Counted from the stretch's first letter, positions 41,168-51,087 are shown. The stretch: DNA of 62,509 nucleotides from Candidatus Omnitrophota bacterium (GCA_011620275.1 WOZK01000007.1:1-62509); one strand, 5' to 3'. Notes: generated by a model from the sequence alone, not told the origin. Made by a program: numbers and translations.

Positions 41168-42610
41168 ATGACGGGAAGAAAGTTCACCGAGGGGATTACC
41201 CGGGGGTTAGTTGTAATATCCGGACTGTTCATGTCCCTGATATTCCTGGAGGTTGTTCTCCGTCTCGGCTGCTGCATGATGTCTTTTCTGCAGGAATGCC
41301 GAAACAGGCAGGGCATAGAACACAAAGGAGTTTATAAGATTATGTGCGTTGGTGAATCTACAACCGCAATAGGAGGAGAAAATTCTTATCCGAACCAGCT
41401 TGAGGCGATGTTGAACCGCTTGGGCAATGGGCTTTGTTTCCGTGTGATCAATAAAGGCGTATCTGCAGTCGACAGTAACTATATCATCAGGCATTTGGAA
41501 GAGAATGTGGAAAAATACAAACCGGACATGGTGATCGCCATGATGGGTATAAACGATAGGCACATTAAATATTACGAGGGTATTCAGGATACTGAGTCCA
41601 TATTGTTCAGGCATTCCGCTGCGTACCGTTTCTTAAAGTTTCTTGCGTTGGATATCCAAGGAAAATTTAAGGAGCGGCCCGAGTCGAAGGAGAAGGTTTC
41701 TCCTGTCTCCGGCGCGGATATAGGTGGACATCCGGCAGCTAAGGAGCAGTCCGGTGAAACTGATCCCGGGAAATACGGAGAGAGTGATTATATACGGCTC
41801 GGAAGATTCTACCGGGAAAGAGGACAATATCTGAGAGCTGAAGAAGCGTTTAGAAAAGCCCTGGCGGTTAACCCGGCCAATCCTTCCACATACGTGGAAC
41901 TGGGGTGGACATATACGCAGGATAAGAAGTATCTGGAAGCAAAAGATAGCTTTGTGGCGGCATTGAACGTTGATCCTTTTGATAAGGGAGCGTTGTTGGG
42001 GTACGGGTTATTCTGTTCTTCAAGAACTGCGTATCATAGCGCAGAGGAGATATTTAAAAGGCTTATAGAAGTTGATCCTTACGATGAGAAAGGGTATGTG
42101 GAACTCGCCTGGGTTTATATGCGGACAGGCAAATATTCCCGTTCGGAGGAAGTCTTAAAGAAATATGTGTCTTTTAATCCGGGGAGCGCAAAAGTTTACG
42201 CGGCATTATCCACTCTTTACCGGGAAACCGGCAGACCGGATTTGGCAGACGTCTTTATCGGGAAGATGGATACGGCGCAAGCATCTTCCTACAGCGCTCT
42301 GACCGTATATAATTATAAAAAGATGAAGGAGATATTGGATAAAAAGGGCATAAAACTTGCATGTATGGGGTATCCCATGCGTAGCGTCGAACCTTTGAAG
42401 ACCATTTTCAACGGCAATCCCGGAGTCCTTATTATCGACAACGAGAATGTTTTCAAAAAAGCCTTGAAACGCGGCAGGTACCGAGATTATTTTTTGGACA
42501 TGTTTGGAGGCAACTTCGGACACTGTCGGCGAAAGGGAAACGCGCTCATTGCCGAGAACGCGGCGAATAATGTGATAGATTTTTTAGGAAGAGAGGCGAC
42601 ATGGAAGTGA
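41168..42610 (+). CDS. Second SGNH-TPR protein
   Basis: LEVVLR anchor, GESTT, NKG, MGIND, TPRs, FGH. Confidence 0.85.
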   Translation: MTGRKFTEGITRGLVVISGLFMSLIFLEVVLRLGCCMMSFLQECRNRQGIEHKGVYKIMCVGESTTAIGGENSYPNQLEAMLNRLGNGLCFRVINKGVSAVDSNYIIRHLEENVEKYKPDMVIAMMGINDRHIKYYEGIQDTESILFRHSAAYRFLKFLALDIQGKFKERPESKEKVSPVSGADIGGHPAAKEQSGETDPGKYGESDYIRLGRFYRERGQYLRAEEAFRKALAVNPANPSTYVELGWTYTQDKKYLEAKDSFVAALNVDPFDKGALLGYGLFCSSRTAYHSAEEIFKRLIEVDPYDEKGYVELAWVYMRTGKYSRSEEVLKKYVSFNPGSAKVYAALSTLYRETGRPDLADVFIGKMDTAQASSYSALTVYNYKKMKEILDKKGIKLACMGYPMRSVEPLKTIFNGNPGVLIIDNENVFKKALKRGRYRDYFLDMFGGNFGHCRRKGNALIAENAANNVIDFLGREATWK

Positions 42611-43608
42611 AGAATGAATCCGGTAAATTGTGCGTGAAATGCGTGATGCCGGAGTATAAACCAGATATCACTTTTAACGCCGCTGGGCAATGCAGTTTAT
42701 GTTCCGGACATAAAGACGCGAACTATCGCCGGCAGGAAGGGCCTTTACTGGAAACGGAATTCATCAAAATGCTGACACGCAATAAAAAACGCGGCAGATA
42801 TCATTGTCTGGTAATGTGCAGCGGAGGGAAAGACAGTACCGCCGCTTTATACTACATGAAAAAGCGATATAAACTGGAACCTCTGGCGTTCAATTTCGAC
42901 AACGGGTTTGAGCTTCCGGATGCCCTGGAGAACGTTCGGAACACGGTGGAGCGTCTCGGTGTAGATTCTCTCATGTTCAAGAGCGATTTTATGCTGGACA
43001 TGTTCGCTGCGATAGTGAAGTCGGGAGCAAAAGCCGTCATCTGCCACGTCTGTTCTATCTGGTATATGGATATCGTGTTACGGATAGCTGCGGGATTATC
43101 CATCCCTGTGATAATCGGAGGTTGGACGAAGGGGCAGACCAGCCGTGGCGGGATCAGACATCCGGAATTTTCTTCCATGGCGAAAGGAACGGCGGATTTC
43201 CTGACAGGATTCCGCCGGCAGAATCCAAAATACAGGGATTTTCCGGCGAGCGTTGAGGAAGTCATTAAAAGAGCCGGCCGGCGAAAAGCGGCATGCACGG
43301 TTATCTCCCCCCATTGGTTTCTGCCTTTTGACCAGGAGGAATATTCCGGGATGATAAAACGGGAACTGGATTGGAAACCAACTGCGTTAAGCTATCCTGC
43401 CGGATCGACAAACTGCCGGCTGAACTTTCTTTCGGTGCTCCTGTCCCTGAAACATTACGGTTATTCGCATTACCACGCGGAGATGATCAGGATAGGTATT
43501 TTGACGAGAGAAGAGGCATTGAAGCGGCTTGAAATCAATTTCAAAGAAGAAGATATACTTCCGGTACTGGATAGACTGAGATGCAGGCTGGATGATTTAT
43601 GCTTTTGA
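42601..43608 (+). CDS. N-acetyl sugar amidotransferase-like PP-loop ATPase
   Basis: CVKCVMP, CSLC, SGGKDS, CHVC, STNC. Confidence 0.8.
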   Translation: MEVKNESGKLCVKCVMPEYKPDITFNAAGQCSLCSGHKDANYRRQEGPLLETEFIKMLTRNKKRGRYHCLVMCSGGKDSTAALYYMKKRYKLEPLAFNFDNGFELPDALENVRNTVERLGVDSLMFKSDFMLDMFAAIVKSGAKAVICHVCSIWYMDIVLRIAAGLSIPVIIGGWTKGQTSRGGIRHPEFSSMAKGTADFLTGFRRQNPKYRDFPASVEEVIKRAGRRKAACTVISPHWFLPFDQEEYSGMIKRELDWKPTALSYPAGSTNCRLNFLSVLLSLKHYGYSHYHAEMIRIGILTREEALKRLEINFKEEDILPVLDRLRCRLDDLCF

Positions 43609-43634
43609 CGGACAAAAAGAGGGGCGGCGTTTTT

Positions 43635-43856
43635 ATGTGGAAGACATTTCTACGTAACCTGATAGGCTTGATACAGAAAGTGTTATTGAGCTTCTGCATG
43701 CCAGTGATTTATTTCCTGGGTATGGGATTGACGGTTTTGATCATGGCGGTATTCAAGCGAAAGATCCTTGCCGGTTGCGCGAAAACCGACGGCACTTTCT
43801 GGATTGATTCCGCCGAACAAGACGGTACCGTCGATAACGGCAGGTTTCAATCATAA
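43635..43856 (+). CDS. SxtJ-like small membrane protein
   Basis: LL..IYFLG.G TM segment, TFW..., C-terminal QS; next to a carbamoyltransferase. Confidence 0.65.
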   Translation: MWKTFLRNLIGLIQKVLLSFCMPVIYFLGMGLTVLIMAVFKRKILAGCAKTDGTFWIDSAEQDGTVDNGRFQS

Positions 43857-43962
43857 CCGGCGAAAAGAAGAACTGGTTTGGATAACGGCTCGTGTTTGCG
43901 GTAAAAACTTTGACCCCGCCGGCAAAAGAGAAGGTTCCCGTATTTTATTGCAAGGATACACT

Positions 43963-45654
43963 ATGAATATATTGGGTATATCGTGTTTTTATCATGATTC
44001 CGCTGCCTGTCTTGTGCAGGACGGCAGGATAACGGCCGCCGCCTCCGAGGAACGGTTCAACCACAGTAAATGCTCTCCAGCATTCCCCTTAAATGCGATA
44101 AATTATTGTCTTCAGCACGCTGATTTAACGATGAAAGAAATCAACGCGGTGGGCTTTTATGAAAAACCGTTTCTTAAATTTTACCGTGTCCTATTGAGTC
44201 ACGCGAGGGCATACCCGTTCTCATTCGGCAGTTTCTGCCGGACATTGCCTGATTGGCTGGAGGAACGGCTTTTCTTCCCGCTGATACTGCGAAAAGAGCT
44301 TTGCTACGAAGGGAGGATCGTATTCATAAACCATCATTTGTCCCATGCGGCAAGCTCGTTTCTCGTTTCTCCGTTCGGTGAGGCGGCAATATTGACTGCT
44401 GACGGCGTGGGTGAATGGGCGAGCACCAGCTTCGGTGTCGGCAGTGGCGTGGATATTCGCATCGCTAAAGAGTTGCATTTTCCGAATTCACTGGGACTGT
44501 TCTACAGCGCGATTACCACTTATCTGGGATTCAAGGCTTTGACCGGCGAGGGCAAGGTGATGGGGCTGGCAGGTTACGGGTCCCCGGTATATGTAGATAG
44601 ATTCAAAAAGATGGTCATTGTCAGGTCAGACGGCAGTTTTATGTTGGATCAAAAGTATTTCGGATTTAATAAAGGCGGGAGAATGTATACCGAAAAACTG
44701 ATACAGACGCTGGGAAAGGAACGCCGCCCGCAGGACAAGGTCGAACAAAGGCATTGCGATGTCGCTGCCAGCCTGCAGAAAATCACCGAGGATATTCTGA
44801 TAAATATAGTCCGGAACGTGCACAAGGAAACCGGAATGAAGAAGCTTTGCTTGGCCGGAGGATTATTCCTGAATTGTGTAGCCAACGCTAAAATCTTAGA
44901 AGATACGCCGGTTGAGGAGCTATTCATTCAGCCCGCCGCCGGAGATAGCGGAGGGGCGTTGGGAGCGGCAGTTTATGTATATCACTATTTATCGCGAGAT
45001 AACCGCCGCACGGAGCTGAAAGACGTATATCTTGGGCCGGAGTTTTTCGATCGGGAGATCAAGAGGGCGTTTATTAACGGAGGTATCGTTTTTCGGGAGT
45101 ATGCCGATAACGAATTACTCAAATATATAGCCGGGCAGATCGCGCAGGATAGAATCGTCGGATGGTTTCAAGGAAGGATGGAGTTTGGCCCCAGGGCCTT
45201 GGGGAATCGTTCCATATTGGCGAATCCCTGCAATCCGCTGATGAAAGATTTGTTGAATTTGAAGGTGAAACGCCGGGAGGATTTCAGGCCGTATGCTCCA
45301 GCGGTGCTTGAAGAGCGGTGCGCCGAGTTTTTTGATGTGTGGCAACAGTCTCCGTTTATGCTGATAGCCGGAAGGGTCAAGAAAGAGAAAAAGGGTGTCA
45401 TACCCGCGGTTACGCATATTGATAATACCGCAAGGGTACAGATAGTTGATAAAGGTACTAATTCCCGCTTGCGCGGTTTGCTCAAGGAATTCGAAAATCT
45501 GACCGGCATCCCTTTATTGATAAATACTTCGTTCAATTTAAGGGGAGAACCGATCGTTTGCCGCCCAGAAGACGCAATAGACTGCTTCAATAGAAGCGGG
45601 ATGGATATCCTGGTCATGGGAAATTGTGTCGCGGAGAGAAATGGAATGTCTTAA
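43963..45654 (+). CDS. O-carbamoyltransferase (NodU/CmcH family)
   Basis: ILGISCFYHDSAA, EERF, HHLSHAAS, GEGKVMGLA, EFGPRALGNRSILA, NTSFN. Confidence 0.95.
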   Translation: MNILGISCFYHDSAACLVQDGRITAAASEERFNHSKCSPAFPLNAINYCLQHADLTMKEINAVGFYEKPFLKFYRVLLSHARAYPFSFGSFCRTLPDWLEERLFFPLILRKELCYEGRIVFINHHLSHAASSFLVSPFGEAAILTADGVGEWASTSFGVGSGVDIRIAKELHFPNSLGLFYSAITTYLGFKALTGEGKVMGLAGYGSPVYVDRFKKMVIVRSDGSFMLDQKYFGFNKGGRMYTEKLIQTLGKERRPQDKVEQRHCDVAASLQKITEDILINIVRNVHKETGMKKLCLAGGLFLNCVANAKILEDTPVEELFIQPAAGDSGGALGAAVYVYHYLSRDNRRTELKDVYLGPEFFDREIKRAFINGGIVFREYADNELLKYIAGQIAQDRIVGWFQGRMEFGPRALGNRSILANPCNPLMKDLLNLKVKRREDFRPYAPAVLEERCAEFFDVWQQSPFMLIAGRVKKEKKGVIPAVTHIDNTARVQIVDKGTNSRLRGLLKEFENLTGIPLLINTSFNLRGEPIVCRPEDAIDCFNRSGMDILVMGNCVAERNGMS

Positions 45655-45683
45655 CGTTCCCGGCCAATCGGAATAACCCCCTG

Positions 45684-45865
45684 CAGTACTTTGTTAGAAA
45701 ACGGCTCAATTTAATGGTTTTATCGTAGAGAAGATGCGTTGAACCAAAATGAAATCAAAGATAATCAACGCATTGAAATACGCACAACGTTTCTAATGAC
45801 AATATGTTACAATAAGATGGCTTTGGGAAAGTAAGCACAAAGAAATAAATTTTAACAAGGTACTG
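45684..45865. mobile_element. 182-bp MITE-like element
   Basis: Terminal inverted repeats CAGTACTTTGTTAGAA / TTTTAACAAGGTACTG (14 of 16 match), flanked by direct repeat CCCCTG (45678-45683, 45866-45871); no ORF. Confidence 0.75.
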
Positions 45866-45921
45866 CCCCTGCCTTATTGTCTATAAGAGTTGACAGACAC
45901 CACGCCATGTCTTATTATGAA

Positions 45922-45951
45922 TTTAATCAAACCGTAGAAATCCCCCGGCTT
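45922..45951 (+). repeat. ~30-bp direct repeat, copy 1 (copy 2 at 50861-50889)
   Basis: TTTAATCAAACCGTAGAAATCCCCCGGCTT vs TTTAATCAAACCGCAGAAATCCCCGGCTT. Confidence 0.85.
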
Positions 45952-46003
45952 TCCGGACGGTTTTATCTTATTAAAAGACGGACTACAGACAAAGACAGTG
46001 TAA

Positions 46004-46417
46004 ATGGGTAATCTTATAAGGTTCGGAGTTTCCATAGAAAAACAACTGGTTTCCGGGTTCGACGCTCTGATACGAAAGCGTAAGTGCGGCAATCGGTCCG
46101 AGGCGATAAGGGATCTTATCCGCCGGGAACTGGTGGAGCAGGAATGGGCCGAGGATAATGTAGTCGCCGGGGCCATCACGCTTATTTACGATCATCATAA
46201 GCGCGAACTGTTAAGCAAGTTAACGGCGGTACAGCATAATTTTCAACATTTGATAATTGCCACTCAGCATATTCATCTCGATCACTCCAATTGTCTGGAG
46301 ATGATTGCCGCCAAAGGTAAGGCCGCGGAGATCAAAGAGCTTGCCGAACTTTTGCGATCCACCAAAGGAGTGAAGCATTTGGCCTTGAACGCCGCGACCA
46401 CCGGAAGAGGCGTGTAA
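46004..46417 (+). CDS. nikR: Nickel-responsive regulator
   Basis: RFGVSI ribbon, NRSEAIRDLIR, YDHH, QHIHLDHSNCLE. Confidence 0.96.
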   Translation: MGNLIRFGVSIEKQLVSGFDALIRKRKCGNRSEAIRDLIRRELVEQEWAEDNVVAGAITLIYDHHKRELLSKLTAVQHNFQHLIIATQHIHLDHSNCLEMIAAKGKAAEIKELAELLRSTKGVKHLALNAATTGRGV

Positions 46418-46433
46418 ATTTTTTTATTTTTTA

Positions 46434-46460
46434 GTAGCACAAGTATCGCTTTTGTGCTAT
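46434..46460. promoter_or_regulatory. NikR operator
   Basis: GTAGCAC-N13-GTGCTAT inverted repeat between nikR and nikM. Confidence 0.75.
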
Positions 46461-46508
46461 CATACGTCTCCTGGAGGTGGGAATAATAATCAACACAGGG
46501 GAGAAAAA

Positions 46509-47192
46509 ATGCATATACCCGACGGATACTTGGGACCCGCCACGAGCGGAGTGATGTATGCGGCGATGCTGCCTGTATGGGCGCTGGTTTCGCGGATGGT
46601 CAAAAAAACGCTTAAAAACCAACAGATCCCTTTGCTTGCCATCAGCGCTGCCTTCTGTTTCGTTATAATGATGTTCAACGTCCCCATCCCCGGAGGGACT
46701 ACCGGACACGCGGTAGGCGCGGTGCTGGCGGCTGTGCTTCTCGGCCCCTGGGCCGCCTGTATAGCGGTTACTGTGGCCCTGGTGGTCCAAGCCCTGCTTT
46801 TCGGCGACGGCGGCATAACCGCCATCGGCGCGAATTGTTTCAATATGGCGTTTGTCGAGGTCTTCGCCGGTTATTATATCTACAAGCTCATCAGCGGTAA
46901 TTCGCCTTCAACTTCCGGCCGCAGGGTTTTTTCCGCCGCCGTGGCCGGCTACCTGGCGTTGAACATAGCCGCATTGACTACGGCGGTGATGTTCGGCATA
47001 CAGCCTTTATTGTTCAGAACCCCGACAGGCCAGTCGTTGTATTGTCCTTACGGCCTTAATGTCGCCGTCCCGATGATGCTCGGCGAGCATTTATTGGTAT
47101 TCGGCTGGGTCGAGGCTCTTATCACAGCGCTGGTTGTCAAATATCTGCAAAAACAGGATCCTTCATTGATCGTTTCGGGAAAGGAGAGGTAG
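46509..47192 (+). CDS. cbiM: ECF Ni/Co transporter S component (NikM/CbiM)
   Basis: N-terminal MHIPDGYL, GGTTGHAVG, FGDGGITAIGAN. Confidence 0.93.
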   Translation: MHIPDGYLGPATSGVMYAAMLPVWALVSRMVKKTLKNQQIPLLAISAAFCFVIMMFNVPIPGGTTGHAVGAVLAAVLLGPWAACIAVTVALVVQALLFGDGGITAIGANCFNMAFVEVFAGYYIYKLISGNSPSTSGRRVFSAAVAGYLALNIAALTTAVMFGIQPLLFRTPTGQSLYCPYGLNVAVPMMLGEHLLVFGWVEALITALVVKYLQKQDPSLIVSGKER

Positions 47193-47195
47193 GGA

Positions 47196-47528
47196 ATGAG
47201 AACTACTTCTAAACTTTGGCTGGGATTGATTATATTGGCGTTTCTTTCTCCTCTGGGGTTTTTGCTTCCCGAATATTTTAAGGCGGGGGACGCCTGGGGA
47301 GAGTGGAGCGCGGAGACTCTGCAGGAATTAGCGGGATATGTCCCGCAGGGGTTTGCCAGGCTTTCCACTCTCTGGAGCGCTCCCGTTCCTGATTACGCCT
47401 TCCAGGGATGGGAAGAAAAAGGGCTGGGCAATCTGAGTTTCGCCTATATCTCTTCAGCGGTTATCGGGATCGGTATTACCGTGTCCCTAATTATGCTGTT
47501 GGGCAAACTGCTGACCAAAAAGGATTAA
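47196..47528 (+). CDS. NikN-like (PDGLE-family) ECF accessory subunit
   Basis: LSPLG, AWGEW, APVPDY, two TMs. Confidence 0.85.
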   Translation: MRTTSKLWLGLIILAFLSPLGFLLPEYFKAGDAWGEWSAETLQELAGYVPQGFARLSTLWSAPVPDYAFQGWEEKGLGNLSFAYISSAVIGIGITVSLIMLLGKLLTKKD

Positions 47529-47568
47529 GGCGCGTTTTCTCATAGGACCGTTTTTCTTCTTACGTCGA

Positions 47569-48543
47569 ATGGCTAAAAGAAAGATAATTCTCACCGGAGG
47601 GGCAGGGTTCATCGGCAGTTGTTTTCTCTGGAAACTCAACCGGGAAGGTATATACGATATAATCGTTGTCGACGACCTCGGCAGCGACGCCAAATGGTTG
47701 AACCTGCGCGGGAAGCGTTTTATGGATTACGTCCATAAAGACGATCTCCCTGGGCTGCTTGAGTCCGGAAAACTGGACGGTATCGGAACGATAGTCCATC
47801 TCGGCGCCTGCTCTTCCACCATGCGTACCGACGCCGGGTATTACCTTAAGAATAATTACGAGTATTCCAGGCGCCTCGCCGAGTGGGCGTTTGCCCATTC
47901 GGCGAAATTCATTTACGCTTCTTCGGCCGCCACTTACGGCGCCGGAGAAGGCGGCTACGGGGATGAAGAGGCGAGACTGCCTTATCTGAAACCGCTCAAT
48001 ATTTACGGTTACGCGAAACATCTTTTTGATCTCTGGCTGCTGCGCAACGGCTGTTTCAGGACGGCCACCGGCTTCAAGTTTTTCAACGTCTTCGGGCCTA
48101 ATGAATATCACAAGGCGGAGATGATGAGTTTGGTTTGCCGTAATTTCAAAGAGGCGGCCGCCGGCAGGCCGATACAGCTGTTCAAGTCTCACAATCCCGC
48201 GTATCAGGACGGCGGGCAAAAGAGGGATTTTATTTACGTCAAGGACGCCGTCGAGGTAATGTATTATTTCTTCCGGGAACGACGGAAAAGCGGTATATTC
48301 AATCTCGGCACAGGCGCGGCAAGAGACTGGAACGATCTGGCGCGCGCGGTCTTCGCGGCCGCCGGCCAAGCGGCCAAGATCGAGTATATAGATATGCCGG
48401 AGAACATAAGGCCGAGATATCAGTATTTCACGCAGGCCGATATCTCCAAATTAAGAGACGCCGGCTGCAGCCACGGATTTTCTTCCCTCGAGGATAGCGT
48501 GAAGGATTATGCTTCATATCTGGACAAGGAAGAATATTTATAG
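47569..48543 (+). CDS. hldD: ADP-L-glycero-D-manno-heptose 6-epimerase
   Basis: TGGAGFIGS, HLGACSST, YASSAATYG, PLNIYGYAK, FFNVFGPNEYHK, YQYFTQAD. Confidence 0.95.
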   Translation: MAKRKIILTGGAGFIGSCFLWKLNREGIYDIIVVDDLGSDAKWLNLRGKRFMDYVHKDDLPGLLESGKLDGIGTIVHLGACSSTMRTDAGYYLKNNYEYSRRLAEWAFAHSAKFIYASSAATYGAGEGGYGDEEARLPYLKPLNIYGYAKHLFDLWLLRNGCFRTATGFKFFNVFGPNEYHKAEMMSLVCRNFKEAAAGRPIQLFKSHNPAYQDGGQKRDFIYVKDAVEVMYYFFRERRKSGIFNLGTGAARDWNDLARAVFAAAGQAAKIEYIDMPENIRPRYQYFTQADISKLRDAGCSHGFSSLEDSVKDYASYLDKEEYL

Positions 48544-48575
48544 ATATCAATTCAGGTGCCCGCGTTTGCAATCAC

Positions 48576-49415
48576 ATGAGAAGAAGCCGCTTTATAGAAA
48601 AATCCCTGATGGGGACCGTTGCTTTTTTGAGAGAGTCGGTCTTCGCCGATGATTACGCTGCGAAGAAGGGTTTTCTGCAGGCGCGTGATCCGCGTTTCAA
48701 GACGGCGGCGGTGTTTTTTCTGGTACTATCGGTGCTTTTCGCGCGGGACATCCCGGCGATCGGCGTCATTTATCTTATAACGCTCTTGTCCGTTGGCTGC
48801 TCTTTCATCAACCCGGTGTTTTTTCTCTCCAGGACATGGTTTTTTATCCCGTTTTTTGCGCTTTTCATCGCGGGCCCCTCTATATTCAGCGTTTTTACTC
48901 CTGGAGAACCGCTGGCATCGTTAAGAATAGGCGGGTTTTTCCTACAAATAACGCGGCAAGGGGCGGCCGGCGCGCTTATTTTCTTTTCCAGGGTTCTCGT
49001 CTCGGTTTCCTTGTGCGTGTTGTTATCTCTGACAACAAAACATTTTGCGCTGCTTAAGGTCTTGAGGGTGTTCCGGGTGCCGCAGATATTCGTAATGACT
49101 CTGGGGATGTGTTACCGATATATCTTTCTTTTTATCGGCATAATACAGGATACCTACACGGCGATGAAAAGCCGCTGCGGTTACGCGGTCTCTCCGGTAA
49201 AGGGACAGAGAATCGTGGCCTGGAATATCGCCACTCTCTGGCAGCGTTCATACCAGATGCAGAACAGCGTTTATGACGCCATGCTTTCGCGCGGGTACAC
49301 CGGAGAGACATATTTGTACGGCGGATTCCGCGCCGGGGTGAAAGACGTTTTTATGCTGGCGGCTGCGGTGGTCATCTTCTTTTTTGTCCTATGGCAAACA
49401 TATTGTTCGAGCTGA
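48576..49415 (+). CDS. cbiQ: ECF Ni/Co transporter T component
   Basis: DPRFK, YRYIF, AMKSR, AMLSRGY. Confidence 0.92.
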   Translation: MRRSRFIEKSLMGTVAFLRESVFADDYAAKKGFLQARDPRFKTAAVFFLVLSVLFARDIPAIGVIYLITLLSVGCSFINPVFFLSRTWFFIPFFALFIAGPSIFSVFTPGEPLASLRIGGFFLQITRQGAAGALIFFSRVLVSVSLCVLLSLTTKHFALLKVLRVFRVPQIFVMTLGMCYRYIFLFIGIIQDTYTAMKSRCGYAVSPVKGQRIVAWNIATLWQRSYQMQNSVYDAMLSRGYTGETYLYGGFRAGVKDVFMLAAAVVIFFFVLWQTYCSS

Positions 49416-50203
49416 AACAGGCCGGTTATTCGTATTTCGGACGGTTCCCCGCCCTCTGTTCCGTAGACTTGACGATAATGCAGGGTTCCAAGATCTCCGT
49501 GATCGGAGCCAACGGCACCGGCAAGTCCACTCTGTTATCTATGCTGGACGCGCTCATATTTCCGGATGAGGGAAGCGTAAAGGCCTTTGGTATGCCCCTG
49601 AATGATAAAATGCAGGAAAATACCGATTTTACCATGGCTTTCCGCAGGAGAGTGGGGCTGGTCTTTCAGAATCCGGACATCCAGTTGTTTTGCCCGACGG
49701 TAAGGGATGATATAATGTTCGGCCCGCTCCAATTGCGGATGCGCGATTCGGAAGCTGCCAAGAGGCTGGATAAGGTAGTGACCGAGCTTAAGCTCGCATC
49801 CTTGCTGGACCGCTCTCCCTGTCAGCTCAGCATAGGAGAGAAGAAAAAGGTGGCGATCGCCTCGGTGCTTGTCATACAGCCGGAGGTGCTCCTTTTGGAC
49901 GAACCGACCGCCGGACTGGATCCGCAGACCACGCGCGACATTATAGATATCCTTGTCTCCGAGAACCTGTCTGGTACCACTCTGGTCACAGCCACGCACG
50001 ATCTGCACATAATCGAGGAGATTGCGGACACGGTGTACGTTTTCGGCCGGGAAAGGAACATAATCCGCAGCGCGCCTCCGGAAGAGGTGCTGTCCGACCG
50101 GACGTTCCTGCAGGCACATAATCTCGTGCATATTCACCGCCACAGACATAAGAATGCCGGCGTCTCGCACGCGCATCAGCACGATGTAAAACACCACCAT
50201 TAA
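49391..50203 (+). CDS. cbiO: ECF Ni/Co transporter ATPase with His-rich tail
   Basis: GANGTGKST, VFQNPDIQLF, LSIGEKK, LDEPT; tail HIHRHRH..HAHQHDVKHHH. Confidence 0.92.
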   Translation: MANILFELKQAGYSYFGRFPALCSVDLTIMQGSKISVIGANGTGKSTLLSMLDALIFPDEGSVKAFGMPLNDKMQENTDFTMAFRRRVGLVFQNPDIQLFCPTVRDDIMFGPLQLRMRDSEAAKRLDKVVTELKLASLLDRSPCQLSIGEKKKVAIASVLVIQPEVLLLDEPTAGLDPQTTRDIIDILVSENLSGTTLVTATHDLHIIEEIADTVYVFGRERNIIRSAPPEEVLSDRTFLQAHNLVHIHRHRHKNAGVSHAHQHDVKHHH

Positions 50204-50408
50204 TTAAGATGCTGAAATCCCGGATGCCGGGTATTTGTATCGTCTCTTGTTTATCGGTAATTGGAGATTGGAAGGCGAAATTAGACCACAATCGAGAATT
50301 TTCATCGAATCAAATCTCGACTCTCGATTGCTCTGTGCGCTGTCTAAAAAGCTTACTGAACAGCGCATCCCCCCTCCATCATCCCCTTCGGATGACAGGG
50401 AAGATTAT

Positions 50409-50445
50409 CACCCCTCTTTCATCCTCCCCATCAAGGGGAGGAAAG
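50409..50445. repeat. REP-like palindrome
   Basis: TCCTCCCC-ATCAA-GGGGAGGA hairpin in an intergenic region. Confidence 0.45.
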
Positions 50446-50541
50446 ATTGGTTGGGGGCTGTTGGTTACCGTAGCCGTTGCCGAATTAAGTATTGTGTCCC
50501 CGGATTGACAGCCGCTTTTCTTTGTGTTATAAGCAGTGATC

Positions 50542-50865
50542 ATGGATAAGCCCGCTATATTTAAAGTAGCGTTGAGAAAAAGGAGCCGGTTTCAACGCCT
50601 GCTGAAAGGCCGGCCGCAGACTTCGGGAATGAAATCAGGACAGGTGAGGCTTTCTCCGGGGGAGGAAATAGGCGGGCACGATACCGAATGCAAGGAAGAG
50701 ATATTGGTAATTCTCGAAGGCATGGCTACGATTTATCGGGAAGGCCGTTACCGCGCGAAAGTCCGGGCTCCGGGCATTGTTTATATCCCGGCGCACACTT
50801 TTCACAATGTCCGCAACCGCGGCAAATCACTCCTCAGATACATTTACGTCGTCTCTCCGGTTTAA
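50542..50865 (+). CDS. Cupin-2 domain protein
   Basis: LSPGEEIGGHDT..EEILVILEG..YIPAHTFHNVRN; TTGACA-17-TATAAG upstream. Confidence 0.85.
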   Translation: MDKPAIFKVALRKRSRFQRLLKGRPQTSGMKSGQVRLSPGEEIGGHDTECKEEILVILEGMATIYREGRYRAKVRAPGIVYIPAHTFHNVRNRGKSLLRYIYVVSPV

Positions 50866-50889
50866 TCAAACCGCAGAAATCCCCGGCTT
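50861..50889 (+). repeat. ~30-bp direct repeat, copy 2
   Basis: Matches 45922-45951; both copies are followed shortly by CCGGACGG. Confidence 0.85.
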
Positions 50890-51087
50890 CCCTGAACCCG
50901 GACGGCCTTGGGGGCGGCCTTTTCCCTCTGGCCTGTCAGCCTTTACGGTGGTAGAATGAAAACACTTCCGGTATCTTTCGACACGGGATTGTTCGAGGAA
51001 GAAAGCTACTGCTAAGGCTTGTCGAAAGAGCTCATCCCGGGGAGCTTCATATCTCTGAAGACAGCCGTTCTTGAAAGGAGGCGTGAG

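Noticed and set aside
39353-45654. Saxitoxin biosynthesis cluster
   Set aside because: Only SxtI/J/K-like genes, which are widespread; no sxtA or other core genes
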